Positions 49,273-49,549 of a stretch of DNA of 49,549 nt are shown here, in pieces. The stretch is from Gammaproteobacteria bacterium (GTDB lineage: Bacteria > Pseudomonadota > Gammaproteobacteria > UBA6429 > Thiohalophilaceae): assembly GCA_046484825.1 (NCBI GenBank), contig JAWOIE010000094.1, forward strand, positions 1 through 49,549, written 5' to 3'. A program made the translations under genes and the position numbers. The notes under the pieces were generated by a model. The model had not been told where the DNA came from and searched no databases. It saw nothing but the letters and a program-made list of their open reading frames with translations. Each line of letters begins with the position of its first letter. The stretch's first letter is position 1.

Positions 49273-49549
49273 GTGGCATACTGGGGCAGGCCCTGCGTGA
49301 GCACGTACACCAGCAGTTGCTCGGGCAGCGGCACGAAGGACTGCCGTCCGCAGGCGCTCAACGGCGACGGCTGCCAGGACTATCGCAACTGCTGCACATC
49401 CGCGACGTGGGTGGGCCAGGCGATGGCGATTCAGCTTATGAACCAGAAGGCACTGTGGAATCACAACCCGTTCTTCGATTACGTGGACAGGTGGATGGGC
49501 TACGGCAGCGACCCTGGCGTAGCCAACGGTGACTGGCTGCAGCCGGGTT
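49273..49549 (+). CDS. Partial CDS of unknown function (Cys-rich, probably secreted), truncated at the 5' side and running off the window end
   Basis: Frame 1 is open from 49192 to the window end with no stop, so it is absent from the ORF track. From about 49276 (codon 49273-49275 is Val) it reads AYWGRPCVSTYTSSCSGSGTKDCRPQALNGDGCQDYRNCCTSATWVGQAMAIQLMNQKALWNHNPFFDYVDRWMGYGSDPGVANGDWLQPG, which is protein-like with GC-rich third codon positions. Confidence 0.45.
   Translation, partial: MAYWGRPCVSTYTSSCSGSGTKDCRPQALNGDGCQDYRNCCTSATWVGQAMAIQLMNQKALWNHNPFFDYVDRWMGYGSDPGVANGDWLQPG

Overview
This window looks like a chromosomal segment from a gammaproteobacterium-like genome. The taxon is inferred only from gene content and operon order. 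The presence of soxYZ, a DsrE-like gene and a PEP-CTERM protein suggests a sulfur-oxidising chemolithotroph.

Gene content, left to right:
- 230-6588: membrane transporters and signalling genes (TauE/SafE, a GGDEF cyclase, VIT1, hemolysin-III, two DMT/EamA paralogs).
- About 6.6-12.2 kb: a visibly more AT-rich stretch. It holds a YCII-like gene, a CelD-like GNAT with a translationally coupled unknown gene, mntP, a second GNAT and an orphan PEP-CTERM protein, flanked by three roughly 0.5 kb non-coding gaps.
- 12248-17051: a DUF4212 + VC_2705-type Na+/solute symporter pair, followed by YggT and a fused DnaQ-exonuclease/CBS/DUF294-nucleotidyltransferase.
- 17048-30545: a P-type ATPase, a methyltransferase, an RND efflux pair, YebC, a SelW/Rdx-like gene, a GlcG/HbpS-like gene and two envelope proteins.
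- 30863-39926: the classical tRNA-fMet-rimP-nusA-infB-rbfA-truB-rpsO-pnp block on the minus strand.
- 40205-49272: soxYZ, a signal-peptide-bearing DsrE-like protein, a sensor kinase with a sigma-54 NtrC-type regulator, DUF2818, nuoN, nuoM and only the C-terminal third of nuoL.

I found no rRNA, CRISPR array, transposase, integrase or phage gene.

Most interesting observations:
1. A candidate sigma-54 regulon links soxYZ, the periplasmic DsrE-like gene and the adjacent two-component system. The link is two -24/-12 promoters and a shared TGCAAAnTGCA motif.
2. nuoL breaks abruptly at about 49272 and abuts an unrelated Cys-rich coding fragment on the opposite strand.
3. A roughly 58-bp element is duplicated in the same gene-relative orientation upstream of the RND operon and the GlcG-like gene. 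Equivalently, it is an inverted repeat bracketing yebC + Rdx.
4. The symporter-linked exonuclease-CBS-nucleotidyltransferase fusion has unknown function.
5. An unexplained, hairpin-dense, GC-rich 0.45 kb spacer lies between tRNA-fMet and rimP.

All family assignments come from reading the translated ORFs, with no database search.
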